Positions 1 to 8,194 of a DNA stretch of 64,000 bases are shown here, one piece after another. The notes under the pieces are model-generated. The model saw only the letters and a program-made list of their open reading frames with translations, had not been told where the DNA came from and ran no database searches. The position numbers and the translations under genes were made by a program. The stretch covers positions 31,412-95,411 of the forward strand of contig JAZUKG010000232.1 in the NCBI GenBank assembly GCA_045643145.1, in the 5' to 3' direction. This DNA comes from Lachnospiraceae bacterium. Its GTDB lineage: Bacteria; Bacillota; Clostridia; Lachnospirales; Lachnospiraceae. Position 1 is the first letter of the stretch. Every line of letters starts with the position of its first letter.

Positions 1-132
1 CCGAATTCCGTTTCAGCAGTAAAGATATATTTATTATAAACCTTCTTTATGTAAATGAAAAGAGGGTTATTTACTATTTATCGTGTTTTTGATAAAATGC
101 TAGGAAAGATATCGTAGAAAGAAGGGTATATT

Positions 133-366
133 ATGTTATATAAAACTCAAGGCGTTTGTGCAAGAAGTATTGATATTGAAGTAGAAAACGGAATCATCAA
201 ATCCGTATTTTTTGAAGGCGGATGTAATGGAAATACACAGGGCGTTGCCCGCCTGGTAGAAGGCATGAAAAAAGAGGATGCCATCGCAAAATTAGAAGGC
301 ATTCGTTGCGGTTTCAAGAGTACTTCCTGCCCGGACCAGTTAGCTCAGGCATTAAAAACTATGTAA
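133..366 (+). CDS. TSCPD-domain small protein (TIGR03905-like)
   Basis: 77-aa ORF. Cys-containing motifs GGCNGNTQG and STSCPDQL are typical of the small TSCPD proteins. RBS-like GAAGGG lies upstream. Confidence 0.7.
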   Translation: MLYKTQGVCARSIDIEVENGIIKSVFFEGGCNGNTQGVARLVEGMKKEDAIAKLEGIRCGFKSTSCPDQLAQALKTM

Positions 367-378
367 AGGATTTTCACT

Positions 379-1440
379 ATGAAAAAAATCGTACTGACAG
401 GTGGCGGAACAGCCGGCCATGTAACTCCAAATATTGCTTTATTACCAAAATTGAAAGAGCTGGGGTATGAAGTATCTTATATCGGTTCTTATGAAGGAAT
501 CGAGAAAAAGCTGATTACGGATTTTGATATTCCGTATCACGGAATCTCTACCGGAAAACTCAGACGTTATTTTGATGTAAAGAATTTTTCAGATCCTTTT
601 CGTGTTATGAAGGGATTTGCTCAGGCAAAAAAGATTTTAAAAGAAATCAATCCGGACATCGTTTTCAGCAAGGGCGGATTTGTATCCGTTCCGGTTGTCA
701 GAGCGGCAGCAGCCTTAAAGATTCCATGTATTATTCATGAATCGGATATGACTCCTGGACTTGCCAACAAGCTTTGTATTCCGGTAGCAACCAAAGTTTG
801 CTGTAACTTCCCGGAAACCTTAAATAATCTTCCGGAGGATAAAGCAGTACTTACCGGTTCTCCGATTCGTGCTGAACTTTTAAAAGGTAATAAAATCGCA
901 GGACTTGATCTTTGCGGTTTCACATCAGATAAACCGGTGATTATGGTTATCGGTGGTTCTTTAGGTGCAGCCAATGTCAACAAAGCAGTCAGAGACTGCC
1001 TGGACAAAATCCTCGAAGATTTCCAGGTGGTTCATGTATGCGGACATGAAAAAGTCGACAATCTTTTATTAAACAAAAAAGGCTACAAGCAGTTTGAATA
1101 TGTAAAAACTGAACTGAAAGATTTATTTGCCATGTCAGATTTGGTCATCAGCCGAGCAGGTGCCAATGCCATCTGCGAGCTTTTAGCCATGCAAAAACCG
1201 AATCTGTTAATTCCTTTAGTAGCCGGCTCGAGAGGAGACCAGGTGTTAAATGCCAAGTCCTTTGAACAACAGGGCTTTTCGATGGTTTTACCAGAGGATG
1301 ATATTGAAGGAACGGTTTTGGTAGATAAAATCAAAGAATTGTATGAAAAGAAAGACAGCTTTATTGAAACCATGAAAACAAGTGATCAGTTATCTTCGAT
1401 TGACACCATCATCGGTCTCATTGAAGATACCGTAAATTAG
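379..1440 (+). CDS. murG: UDP-N-acetylglucosamine--N-acetylmuramyl-(pentapeptide) pyrophosphoryl-undecaprenol GlcNAc transferase
   Basis: 353 aa. N-terminal G-loop TGGGTAGHVTP. GT28 architecture with C-terminal SRAGANAICELL motif. Confidence 0.93.
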   Translation: MKKIVLTGGGTAGHVTPNIALLPKLKELGYEVSYIGSYEGIEKKLITDFDIPYHGISTGKLRRYFDVKNFSDPFRVMKGFAQAKKILKEINPDIVFSKGGFVSVPVVRAAAALKIPCIIHESDMTPGLANKLCIPVATKVCCNFPETLNNLPEDKAVLTGSPIRAELLKGNKIAGLDLCGFTSDKPVIMVIGGSLGAANVNKAVRDCLDKILEDFQVVHVCGHEKVDNLLLNKKGYKQFEYVKTELKDLFAMSDLVISRAGANAICELLAMQKPNLLIPLVAGSRGDQVLNAKSFEQQGFSMVLPEDDIEGTVLVDKIKELYEKKDSFIETMKTSDQLSSIDTIIGLIEDTVN

Positions 1441-1456
1441 GAAAGACAAAAAGAAA

Positions 1457-1498
1457 AACTCTTATCCAATAAGTTAATTAGGGGATAGGAGTTTTTTT
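1457..1498. terminator. Bidirectional rho-independent terminator between convergent murG and the histidine kinase
   Basis: Stem AACTCTTATCC / GGATAGGAGTT (one G-T pair) with a T-run on the plus side and an A-run on the 5' side. Confidence 0.7.
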
Positions 1499-1524
1499 GG
1501 GGGAGTGATTTGCTATATGAAAAG

Positions 1525-1559
1525 TGTATCATACAGCATACCACAAAATGTACCTCAAA
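1525..1559 (-). repeat. Copy A of a 35-nt direct repeat flanking the RR-HK operon (three hexamers at 12-nt spacing)
   Basis: Minus strand reads GGTACA-N6-GGTATG-N6-GATACA. A 23-nt core (1537..1559) matches 3921..3943 at 22/23 positions. Confidence 0.45.
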
Positions 1560-1564
1560 TTTTT

Positions 1565-3013
1565 CTATTTTTCAAAAGGAATTCGAATAATGGAAAGAGT
1601 TCCTTTTCCCGGCATACTGGTTACTATCAAATCACCGCCGCATACCGTCGTCAGTCTCATTCTGACATTTCTGACACCTACATGTGCTCTGTCTTCCTGC
1701 TTATTCATTTTCAGTTCTTCAAAAAATTCTTCTTCACCTTTTAGGTTTCCCAGTTCCCTTCCACCGGCAAAGGTCTGACTCGGATCAAAGCCAATTCCAT
1801 CATCCTCTACTCGAATTTCAATCCAGGAATCTCCAATGTGTCGATGCAGTAAATACGGAGGAAGCGGCATATATTTATCCAGTATTTCATCTTCAGCAAG
1901 CGGCTTATCTGTTTTGCTATGGTAATGCGATGAAATATGTACGGTTCCGCCTTCCTGTCTTTGGCAGACTCCATGCTTTACCGCATTTTCTACAATTGGC
2001 TGGAGCGTTAATGTCGGGAGATCAAATTCTGTTTCTTCCAAGTCCCATTCGACCTTCAGTCGGTCCTGAAAACGCATCTTTTCCAGCGATAAATAATTTT
2101 TTACATATTCTAATTCTCGTTCAAAAGTCACACAGCCCTGTATTTCCAGACCCTCAAGGTTACTTCGAAGAAATCCTGTAAATTCTTTAACCGCTTTGGC
2201 AGCAGCCTCCGGATCCTTGGTACAAAGATGATGAATAGCTCCTAATGAATTAAAAATAAAATGCGGCGCCATTTGCGATAGGGTAATACGAATTCGAATA
2301 TCTGCGAGCGCTGCTTCTTTTTCGGCCAGCTTGATGTAATTATCTCGATATGACGCTACAAACATGCCGTACATTGCAATGGTGATTGCAAAGTTTGACA
2401 GCGATATTCCGTAAAAGAAGTACTGCAGTATGGTAGCCAAAAACGGCAATACAATATAAGAAAGCAGAGAAAAGAAAACAAATCTCGGAATATGCTTTCG
2501 GTTAATTAAAATCGCTACAAAATTAATCGCAAATACCATCCAGGACCATATGATTAAAAGCGGATATCCCGGCGCTCTGCGGTATAGGTTGTAATGATCA
2601 AAATAATAACAAACCGGAACAAAGAGATTGAGAATTAATACCCCGGTTTCGATCGCATAAATAAACTTAACCAAGGTAACAAACGGTTTCATTTTTTCCT
2701 GATGCTCTGCATCTAATCGGCTTTGTAAATAAAGGGTAAAAAGAATGGATATGTAAAATCCGCACAAGAATACAAAGAAGTTGCTGATAATCACGGCAAT
2801 TCGATTTGCTATATCAGGGTCTCCTCTAAAGGCTCTGGCCGTGACATCAAAAATAAGAAGCAGAAAGTTTGCTGTTTGCATACGCAGTAAATACTTTCTG
2901 CTTCCGTTTACATCCCGTTTGTCCAGCAAATAAAATATAATAATTAAGCTGATAAACAAACAGTTACTTAATTCTAAAGCGATATGAATAATGTTTAAAT
3001 AAGAAGCTTGCAT
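1565..3013 (-). CDS. Membrane sensor histidine kinase, LytS/YehU-type (His_kinase + GHKL ATPase)
   Basis: 482 aa. About 6 N-terminal TM helices. H-box APHFIFNSL, N-box ENAVKHG, G-box DDGIGF. RBS GGAGAT lies upstream. Confidence 0.85.
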   Translation of the reverse strand: MQASYLNIIHIALELSNCLFISLIIIFYLLDKRDVNGSRKYLLRMQTANFLLLIFDVTARAFRGDPDIANRIAVIISNFFVFLCGFYISILFTLYLQSRLDAEHQEKMKPFVTLVKFIYAIETGVLILNLFVPVCYYFDHYNLYRRAPGYPLLIIWSWMVFAINFVAILINRKHIPRFVFFSLLSYIVLPFLATILQYFFYGISLSNFAITIAMYGMFVASYRDNYIKLAEKEAALADIRIRITLSQMAPHFIFNSLGAIHHLCTKDPEAAAKAVKEFTGFLRSNLEGLEIQGCVTFERELEYVKNYLSLEKMRFQDRLKVEWDLEETEFDLPTLTLQPIVENAVKHGVCQRQEGGTVHISSHYHSKTDKPLAEDEILDKYMPLPPYLLHRHIGDSWIEIRVEDDGIGFDPSQTFAGGRELGNLKGEEEFFEELKMNKQEDRAHVGVRNVRMRLTTVCGGDLIVTSMPGKGTLSIIRIPFEK

Positions 3014-3027
3014 ACTTTTTATCTCCG

Positions 3028-3828
3028 TTACTGATAAAGACTACCTAAAGTATACTCTCCCCAGGAATATTCTTCCATATATTTTCCGCAAAAAGAATTG
3101 ATTGCATCAATATCTCCTTTGCGATAATCATATAAATCACAGCTAATCTGTGTGATATCCACAGCATAGGAATTAAATCCCATTTTTAATATGCTGGACA
3201 ATCCGGCCTGCTGCAAGCTGGCTTTCATATCCGACAAAATATTGTTTAAATATTTCTGAGTCTTTCGATCATAATCCTGATCTTCAAACAAGACTCGACA
3301 GATTTCCTTTCTGTCAATCGGAATTCCGCCTCTGTCAATCAGATAAGCAAACGCTTCTTTGGACTTACTTCTGTTAAATCGAATTTCCTCTCCTTTATAT
3401 AATAAATGGAAAGATCCAAAGGTAATTACCTGGATATCCGGCTTGTCTGCTTCCGGTTTTGCGGTTTCACCCACTGGAAAACGCAGAAGCTTTAGCTCTT
3501 CTTCTATCTGTTCCTTATCGACCGGCTTCATCAAATATCCGCTCGAACGAAGCTTGGATGCCTGCGGTCCGTACTGCATATATCCGGTTGCAAATATGAT
3601 ATTGACATACGGATGATACTGCTTTAACTGCTTTGCCAGTGAAATGCCATTCATAACCGGCATCTCAATATCCAAAAATGCGACATCCACCGGATTATTC
3701 TTGGCATATTCCAGTGCATCCTTTGAAAACTGAAAGGTCTGCACATGATCCTTGGGTGCGCACTCTGTCAGCATTTCATCCATAGCCTGAATATTTATAA
3801 GTTCGTCATCTACTGCAATGATGTTCAT
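3028..3828 (-). CDS. Response regulator: receiver domain plus winged-helix/BTAD(SARP)-like output domain
   Basis: 266 aa. Receiver motifs VDDE and FLDIEMP...K. The C-terminal part resembles OmpR/SARP-type DNA-binding plus a short BTAD-like segment. 14-nt gap to the kinase gene. Confidence 0.82.
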   Translation of the reverse strand: MNIIAVDDELINIQAMDEMLTECAPKDHVQTFQFSKDALEYAKNNPVDVAFLDIEMPVMNGISLAKQLKQYHPYVNIIFATGYMQYGPQASKLRSSGYLMKPVDKEQIEEELKLLRFPVGETAKPEADKPDIQVITFGSFHLLYKGEEIRFNRSKSKEAFAYLIDRGGIPIDRKEICRVLFEDQDYDRKTQKYLNNILSDMKASLQQAGLSSILKMGFNSYAVDITQISCDLYDYRKGDIDAINSFCGKYMEEYSWGEYTLGSLYQ

Positions 3829-3908
3829 AGTCGTTACCTGCTAGATTATATTTTTACACCTTTGCACATCCTTGTTATAAGGCAATCATCAAGTTCCTTC
3901 TTTGTAGG

Positions 3909-3943
3909 TATACCATATGCCATACCACAAAGTGTACCTCAAA
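3909..3943 (-). repeat. Copy B of the 35-nt direct repeat, in the promoter region of the RR-HK operon
   Basis: Minus strand reads GGTACA-N6-GGTATG-N6-GGTATA. It lies about 60-95 nt upstream of a TATAAT (3845..3850) that has no good -35. Confidence 0.45.
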
Positions 3944-3947
3944 CCGT

Positions 3948-4766
3948 TTATTTCAGAACAAACTTATCAATTACTTCTACGATTCCGTTCTCATCATTGG
4001 AAGCAGTGATATAATCGGCTACTTCTTTGACCGGCGGCTGTGCATTTGCCATAGCTACTCCAACCTTTGCATACTGAATCATTGTCATATCATTAAAACC
4101 ATCGCCGCAGCAAATGGCGTTATCTCTGGTAAGTCCTACACTGGTAAGCATACGATCCAGTGAGGTTGCCTTGTCCACATTCTTTGGCATGATTTCTATA
4201 AAGAACGGCTCAGAACGATACACACTGATAATATCTCCGTATTTTGCATTTAATGCATCCTCATGCTCTTTGGCAATTTCCGGATTTGCTGTCATAAGAC
4301 ACTTATTTAGACTGTAATCCTTGTAAGTCAAAAAGTCTGAAACCTTTTTCACTCTCATGCTGTTGATGCGAGATTCCAGTTCAATATATTCGTCACTTCT
4401 GGTTCCTAAAATAATGTCCTCTCCCATATAAGTAATCAGTCCCAGGTCGTGCTTTTTCGCATACTGATATACACCGGATACCACATCGGAAGGAAGGGTT
4501 TTCTGGAATACAATTTCTCCTGTTTTACAGTTAATAATACGACCGCCGTTAAATGACAATAAATATCCGCCGTACTTTTCAAGTTCCAGTTCATCGGCGC
4601 ATTTTCTCATTCCCGGAGCAGGTCTTCCGGAAGCTAAAATCACTTTATGACCTCGCTTCATGATTTCAATGATTCCCTGTTTGGTTTCCGGGGTAATTTC
4701 CTTGTTGGAATTGGTTAATGTGCCGTCAATATCCAATACTAATACTTTTGTGTCTGATGGGTTCAT
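3948..4766 (-). CDS. Cof-type HAD-IIB family phosphatase
   Basis: 272 aa. Motif I LDIDGTL, motif III/IV GDGFNDMTM. Cof-like cap region. Confidence 0.88.
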   Translation of the reverse strand: MNPSDTKVLVLDIDGTLTNSNKEITPETKQGIIEIMKRGHKVILASGRPAPGMRKCADELELEKYGGYLLSFNGGRIINCKTGEIVFQKTLPSDVVSGVYQYAKKHDLGLITYMGEDIILGTRSDEYIELESRINSMRVKKVSDFLTYKDYSLNKCLMTANPEIAKEHEDALNAKYGDIISVYRSEPFFIEIMPKNVDKATSLDRMLTSVGLTRDNAICCGDGFNDMTMIQYAKVGVAMANAQPPVKEVADYITASNDENGIVEVIDKFVLK

Positions 4767-4990
4767 ATTTTCCTCTTTCTATGAACTACTCACAACCGAC
4801 TGCGTCGGATGGAGTATTCTTACTAAACTCTCATAAAATAATCTAGGCAATGGATGCGTTTTTTCATGAAGTGAGAACGTCCTTGGAAGGACAACATTCA
4901 TCCATCTGCCGTCTGTATTCAGAAACATTATTAACGAACTTTGTCCACAAATATGTTATCGAAAATGCCCTCGAATGTAAAGAATTATCC

Positions 4991-5019
4991 TTGCAAAAAA
5001 CAGAAAGAATAGATATGAT
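4991..5019 (+). promoter_or_regulatory. Sigma-A-type promoter candidate for the DUF1905/peptidase gene
   Basis: TTGCAA-17 nt-TATGAT. Confidence 0.45.
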
Positions 5020-5160
5020 ATTAACAGTAAGAAATCACGAAAAAACAGGTGATTTTGAGAAATTGTATCAAGTTTTCTATGAAAACTTGATATGTAGCCC
5101 GAGCCAATCAGCATGGCTGATTTTTGCATGGCGAGGGTTCAAGATAAAGGAGACGAGAAA

Positions 5161-5826
5161 ATGAGATACCAGTTTATTGGTGAAATCACACAGGAAAATG
5201 ATCAGAAAATGATTCATATTCCTTTTAATGTATGGGAAGTATGTGATAGCCAGGGTGTTCTTTCTGCAAAAGGAAACATAAATGGAGTTCCTTTTCTTTG
5301 CACCTTAGAACCTCTCGGAAAAGGAATGTATTTTATCCCGGTTACAGATGAAATGACAGCAAATGTTACAGAGCCGTATGTAATTACCTTCCGTATTTTG
5401 GAAAGAGTAACTCATATGAGCGGAATGAGTCCATATACACTTCAAAATCCGATTCGTAAGATTGACAGCATGAAACTGATTACTCAGCCAAACGACGGAC
5501 TTTGCGGACAGACCTGTATCGCAATGCTCGCAGGAGTTTCTTTAGATGATGCCTGTGAAATCATGCACTGCAGAGACTGGCAGGCAAGTATGGGTAAGAT
5601 GGTAGATACCCTGGATTATTTAGGTCTGGCGCATTCAGATGTCATCCAGTACACACAGGGCGCAGAAGTGGAACTTCCAAAATGTGCTATCTTGATGGAA
5701 AAGATGGGACGTTACAGCCACTACCTGGTTTATTATGATGGAACCTATTATGATCCGACTATGGGAATTTTGGAAGGCTTCAACATGAGCAATCTGGTAG
5801 GATATTTGGAAATTACTACCTTTTAA
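5161..5826 (+). CDS. DUF1905 domain fused to a C39-like (papain-fold) cysteine peptidase domain
   Basis: ATG at 5161 is preceded by AAAGGAGA; the ORF-track start at 5113 lies in a hairpin loop. The N-terminal 85 aa fit the DUF1905 pattern. The C-terminal part has QPNDGLCGQTCIAML (Gln/Cys) and SHYLVYYDGTYYDP (His/Asp). Confidence 0.7.
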   Translation: MRYQFIGEITQENDQKMIHIPFNVWEVCDSQGVLSAKGNINGVPFLCTLEPLGKGMYFIPVTDEMTANVTEPYVITFRILERVTHMSGMSPYTLQNPIRKIDSMKLITQPNDGLCGQTCIAMLAGVSLDDACEIMHCRDWQASMGKMVDTLDYLGLAHSDVIQYTQGAEVELPKCAILMEKMGRYSHYLVYYDGTYYDPTMGILEGFNMSNLVGYLEITTF

Positions 5827-5872
5827 TATTCATAAAGTACAAAAGAATAGGTAAGTGTCAAGGAGAGTTTCT

Positions 5873-6973
5873 ATGACAGAGGGTAAAAAAGCAAAGAAAC
5901 TAATTGGGTTATTGGTATTGGTATTTTTGATTCTTCTTCCAGCACTTAACACACAGGCAGCCACACTAAAGATGAATTATAAAAAGAAAATCATGTTGGT
6001 GGGAGATACCTGTAAACTTAGAACCAATGCTTCCAATAACAAGGTTACATTTAAATCCGGCAATCGAAAAATCGCTTCTGTATCAAAAAGCGGTGAAGTA
6101 AAGGCAAAAAAAGCCGGAAAGGTAGTCATCAGTGCTACTTATAACAAGAAAAAATGCTCCTGCATCGTCGTGGTTAAGGATACCGTAGATGTAATCGTTT
6201 TTGCAGGACAAAGTAATATGACAGGCGCCGGAAATGCTTCCATGGCACCTAAATTAACGGATTGTGCCGGTTTGGCATATCACCCGGTTACCAACAAGAA
6301 ACAATTCACACCGATTGAAGAGCCTTTTGGTCGCGGTGAGGATGACAATTATTTTTACAATGGTGACTTCGCTCAAGGTTCCATGGTAACCAGCTTTGTA
6401 AATCATTATTATTCCAAAACAAAAACTCCTGTCATCGCAGTGCCTGCAGCATATGCCGGAAGCGGCAGCGTTTCCTGGGCCGGTGGACCTGATGTTGAAA
6501 ATCCCAGATATTTAGGAGTCATCAATCGAATCAAAGGTGCCACAAACCTGGCCAAGAAGAAAGGCTTTACGATTAGACACACGTATATGGTTTGGATGCA
6601 GGGAGAAAATGATGCTTTTGCCAGAATGAACAGTGCAAAGCACAAAGCCAATATCAAGAGTCTTTACAAGAACATTTCTGCCAAGACTGCTTTAGAAGCA
6701 ATTATGGTAATTCAGATTCCGAGCTACTACAACGGATCCTATTTCAATGGTGTGGATATGGGATTTGATATCGGAAAGAGATATGAAGCAATTCAAAAGG
6801 CACAGCTGGAAATGTGTCAGGAAGATCCGCATTTAATTCTCATTTCTCAAAAAGCGGCTGCTATACCAAAGTCTCAGCTGAAAGAAGACGGTATTCATTT
6901 AGAGCAATCAGCCCTCAATCAGGTGGGAAAAGATGCCGGATTGAAAGCTGCTGCTTATGCAAATTCGCATTAA
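5873..6973 (+). CDS. Secreted Big_2 (Ig-like) domain protein fused to a sialate O-acetylesterase-like (SASA/SGNH-type) esterase
   Basis: ATG at 5873 after AAGGAGA. Signal peptide/TM LIGLLVLVFLILLPALNTQA. Big_2-like segment. VIVFAGQSNMTG catalytic-Ser motif and a distal DGIHL motif. Confidence 0.78.
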   Translation: MTEGKKAKKLIGLLVLVFLILLPALNTQAATLKMNYKKKIMLVGDTCKLRTNASNNKVTFKSGNRKIASVSKSGEVKAKKAGKVVISATYNKKKCSCIVVVKDTVDVIVFAGQSNMTGAGNASMAPKLTDCAGLAYHPVTNKKQFTPIEEPFGRGEDDNYFYNGDFAQGSMVTSFVNHYYSKTKTPVIAVPAAYAGSGSVSWAGGPDVENPRYLGVINRIKGATNLAKKKGFTIRHTYMVWMQGENDAFARMNSAKHKANIKSLYKNISAKTALEAIMVIQIPSYYNGSYFNGVDMGFDIGKRYEAIQKAQLEMCQEDPHLILISQKAAAIPKSQLKEDGIHLEQSALNQVGKDAGLKAAAYANSH

Positions 6974-6993
6974 TAAAATATAAAATCATAGAT

Positions 6994-7025
6994 AAAAACC
7001 CCCTTCATTATCGAAGGGGGTTTTT
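6994..7025. terminator. Bidirectional rho-independent terminator
   Basis: CCCCCTTC-attatc-GAAGGGGG flanked by an A-run and a T-run, between convergent genes. Confidence 0.85.
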
Positions 7026-7078
7026 CGAGCTTAGTGTCCGCTGCGTTTTTCATGGAGCGAGAGCGTCTTTGGAATGTT

Positions 7079-8194
7079 TTACATATCATAATTTTCTGCG
7101 ATCGGGAATCCCAGCTGAATGATGAAGAACTGTCCGTCGTTCATGACCTCCATATTTCCTCCCATAGCCTTCATTACCTTTTCGACTATTTTTAGCCCGA
7201 TTTTTGTACTTTCTACATGAGAAATATCTGCTTTGATTCCGTTTTGAACCATCAAAACAAATTCCTTTTCTGAAAAGATATGATTGATATATACCGGTAC
7301 AGAAGGATCTCCGTACTTTTTCATATTGTGGAATACATTATCAAAAATTCTGGCGAATTCCTCCGAATCGATTTTCACCTTAAAAGCTTCCGAGATTTCT
7401 TCAAAGGAAACAACAAATCCCTGACTGATAATATATGCTATGTGTTCCTTTAGAACCGCATTAAATAATACTTTTCCGTCCACTTCAATCTGTTTTTCCA
7501 AAAGTTCCTCTTTACCAAATGCCAAAAAGTATTTAAACAGCTTATCGGTTGTATCCTTCATCAAAAAGGCATTGGTTCTGGCTTTTTCAATGTATTCTTT
7601 TAATTCTTCCTGTGACTGGTATTTTTCTCTGGATAAAATCTCTAAATATCCGATCTGTCTGGTAAGCGGTGTTCTCAGGTCATGAGACATAGCTGTAATC
7701 AGCTCATGATTCGCACTGATGGCTTCTCTTTCTGTCTGCATTCGTTCCATAACATGTTCCCGCATCTGGTTAATACCTTCTCCGATTTGACAGATTTCAT
7801 CACTACCTTCTACCGTCATTTCTGCATCCAGCAGATCTCCTTTTTTCAAACGGGCTATCTCATCTCTGAGTCTGATAATCGCCTGGATTCTTCCTCTCAT
7901 CATAAAGATAAAGGATGCTGCGAATATAAAAATCGCAAAGAGAGAAGATACGACAAATGCCAGTTCAAAATATTTTACTTCCACTAAGGAATTTCGATAT
8001 AAATTCCACTTCCATGTGCCATAAACCGCAAATAAAACTGCAATTGCTATGAGTGCTGAAAAAAAGCTTTTTAGCAGCATCATTCTATAAATCTTTGAAG
8101 CATAGATTTTAACCGGTTTTTTCTTGTCCTTTTTAATCAATGAAATATCCTCTTCCCCATTTATTCTTGATAAAATCTTCCTGCGAGTCATCAT
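7079..8194 (-). CDS. Sensor histidine kinase (2 TM, HAMP, HisKA, HATPase_c)
   Basis: H-box SHDLRTPLT and a HAMP-like segment. The maximal ORF overlaps the upstream RR gene by 62 nt. An alternative TTG start at 8140 has the better SD (GAAGAGGA). Confidence 0.85.
   Translation of the reverse strand: MMTRRKILSRINGEEDISLIKKDKKKPVKIYASKIYRMMLLKSFFSALIAIAVLFAVYGTWKWNLYRNSLVEVKYFELAFVVSSLFAIFIFAASFIFMMRGRIQAIIRLRDEIARLKKGDLLDAEMTVEGSDEICQIGEGINQMREHVMERMQTEREAISANHELITAMSHDLRTPLTRQIGYLEILSREKYQSQEELKEYIEKARTNAFLMKDTTDKLFKYFLAFGKEELLEKQIEVDGKVLFNAVLKEHIAYIISQGFVVSFEEISEAFKVKIDSEEFARIFDNVFHNMKKYGDPSVPVYINHIFSEKEFVLMVQNGIKADISHVESTKIGLKIVEKVMKAMGGNMEVMNDGQFFIIQLGFPIAENYDM

Noticed and set aside
4782-4797. 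Motif ATGAAYTACTCACAAC, shared upstream of the Cof hydrolase start (4782) and upstream of tRNA-Lys (42921). A loosely related TTTCATG...TGAGAAC occurs at 4862 and 42750.
   Set aside because: The exact match is only about 16-20 nt with no consistent structure or spacing. It could be a genome-wide short repeat, but that cannot be judged from one window.
4850-5164. 104-aa plus-strand ORF upstream of the DUF1905 gene.
   Set aside because: It spans the divergent promoter and leader region and contains the predicted promoter and hairpins. It has no RBS and no recognisable motif. The real gene most likely starts at 5161.
4855-7078. Similarity of about 34 nt (GCGTTTTT(T)CATGRAGYGAGARCGTCYTTGGAA) at 4855-4890 and 7042-7076, which would flank the DUF1905-peptidase and esterase genes like island borders.
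   Set aside because: The match is about 29/34 with one indel. My rough estimate is that a match of this quality is expected about once by chance in a 64-kb AT-rich window. There are no target-site duplications, no integrase and no tRNA. I do not claim it as a mobile-element boundary.
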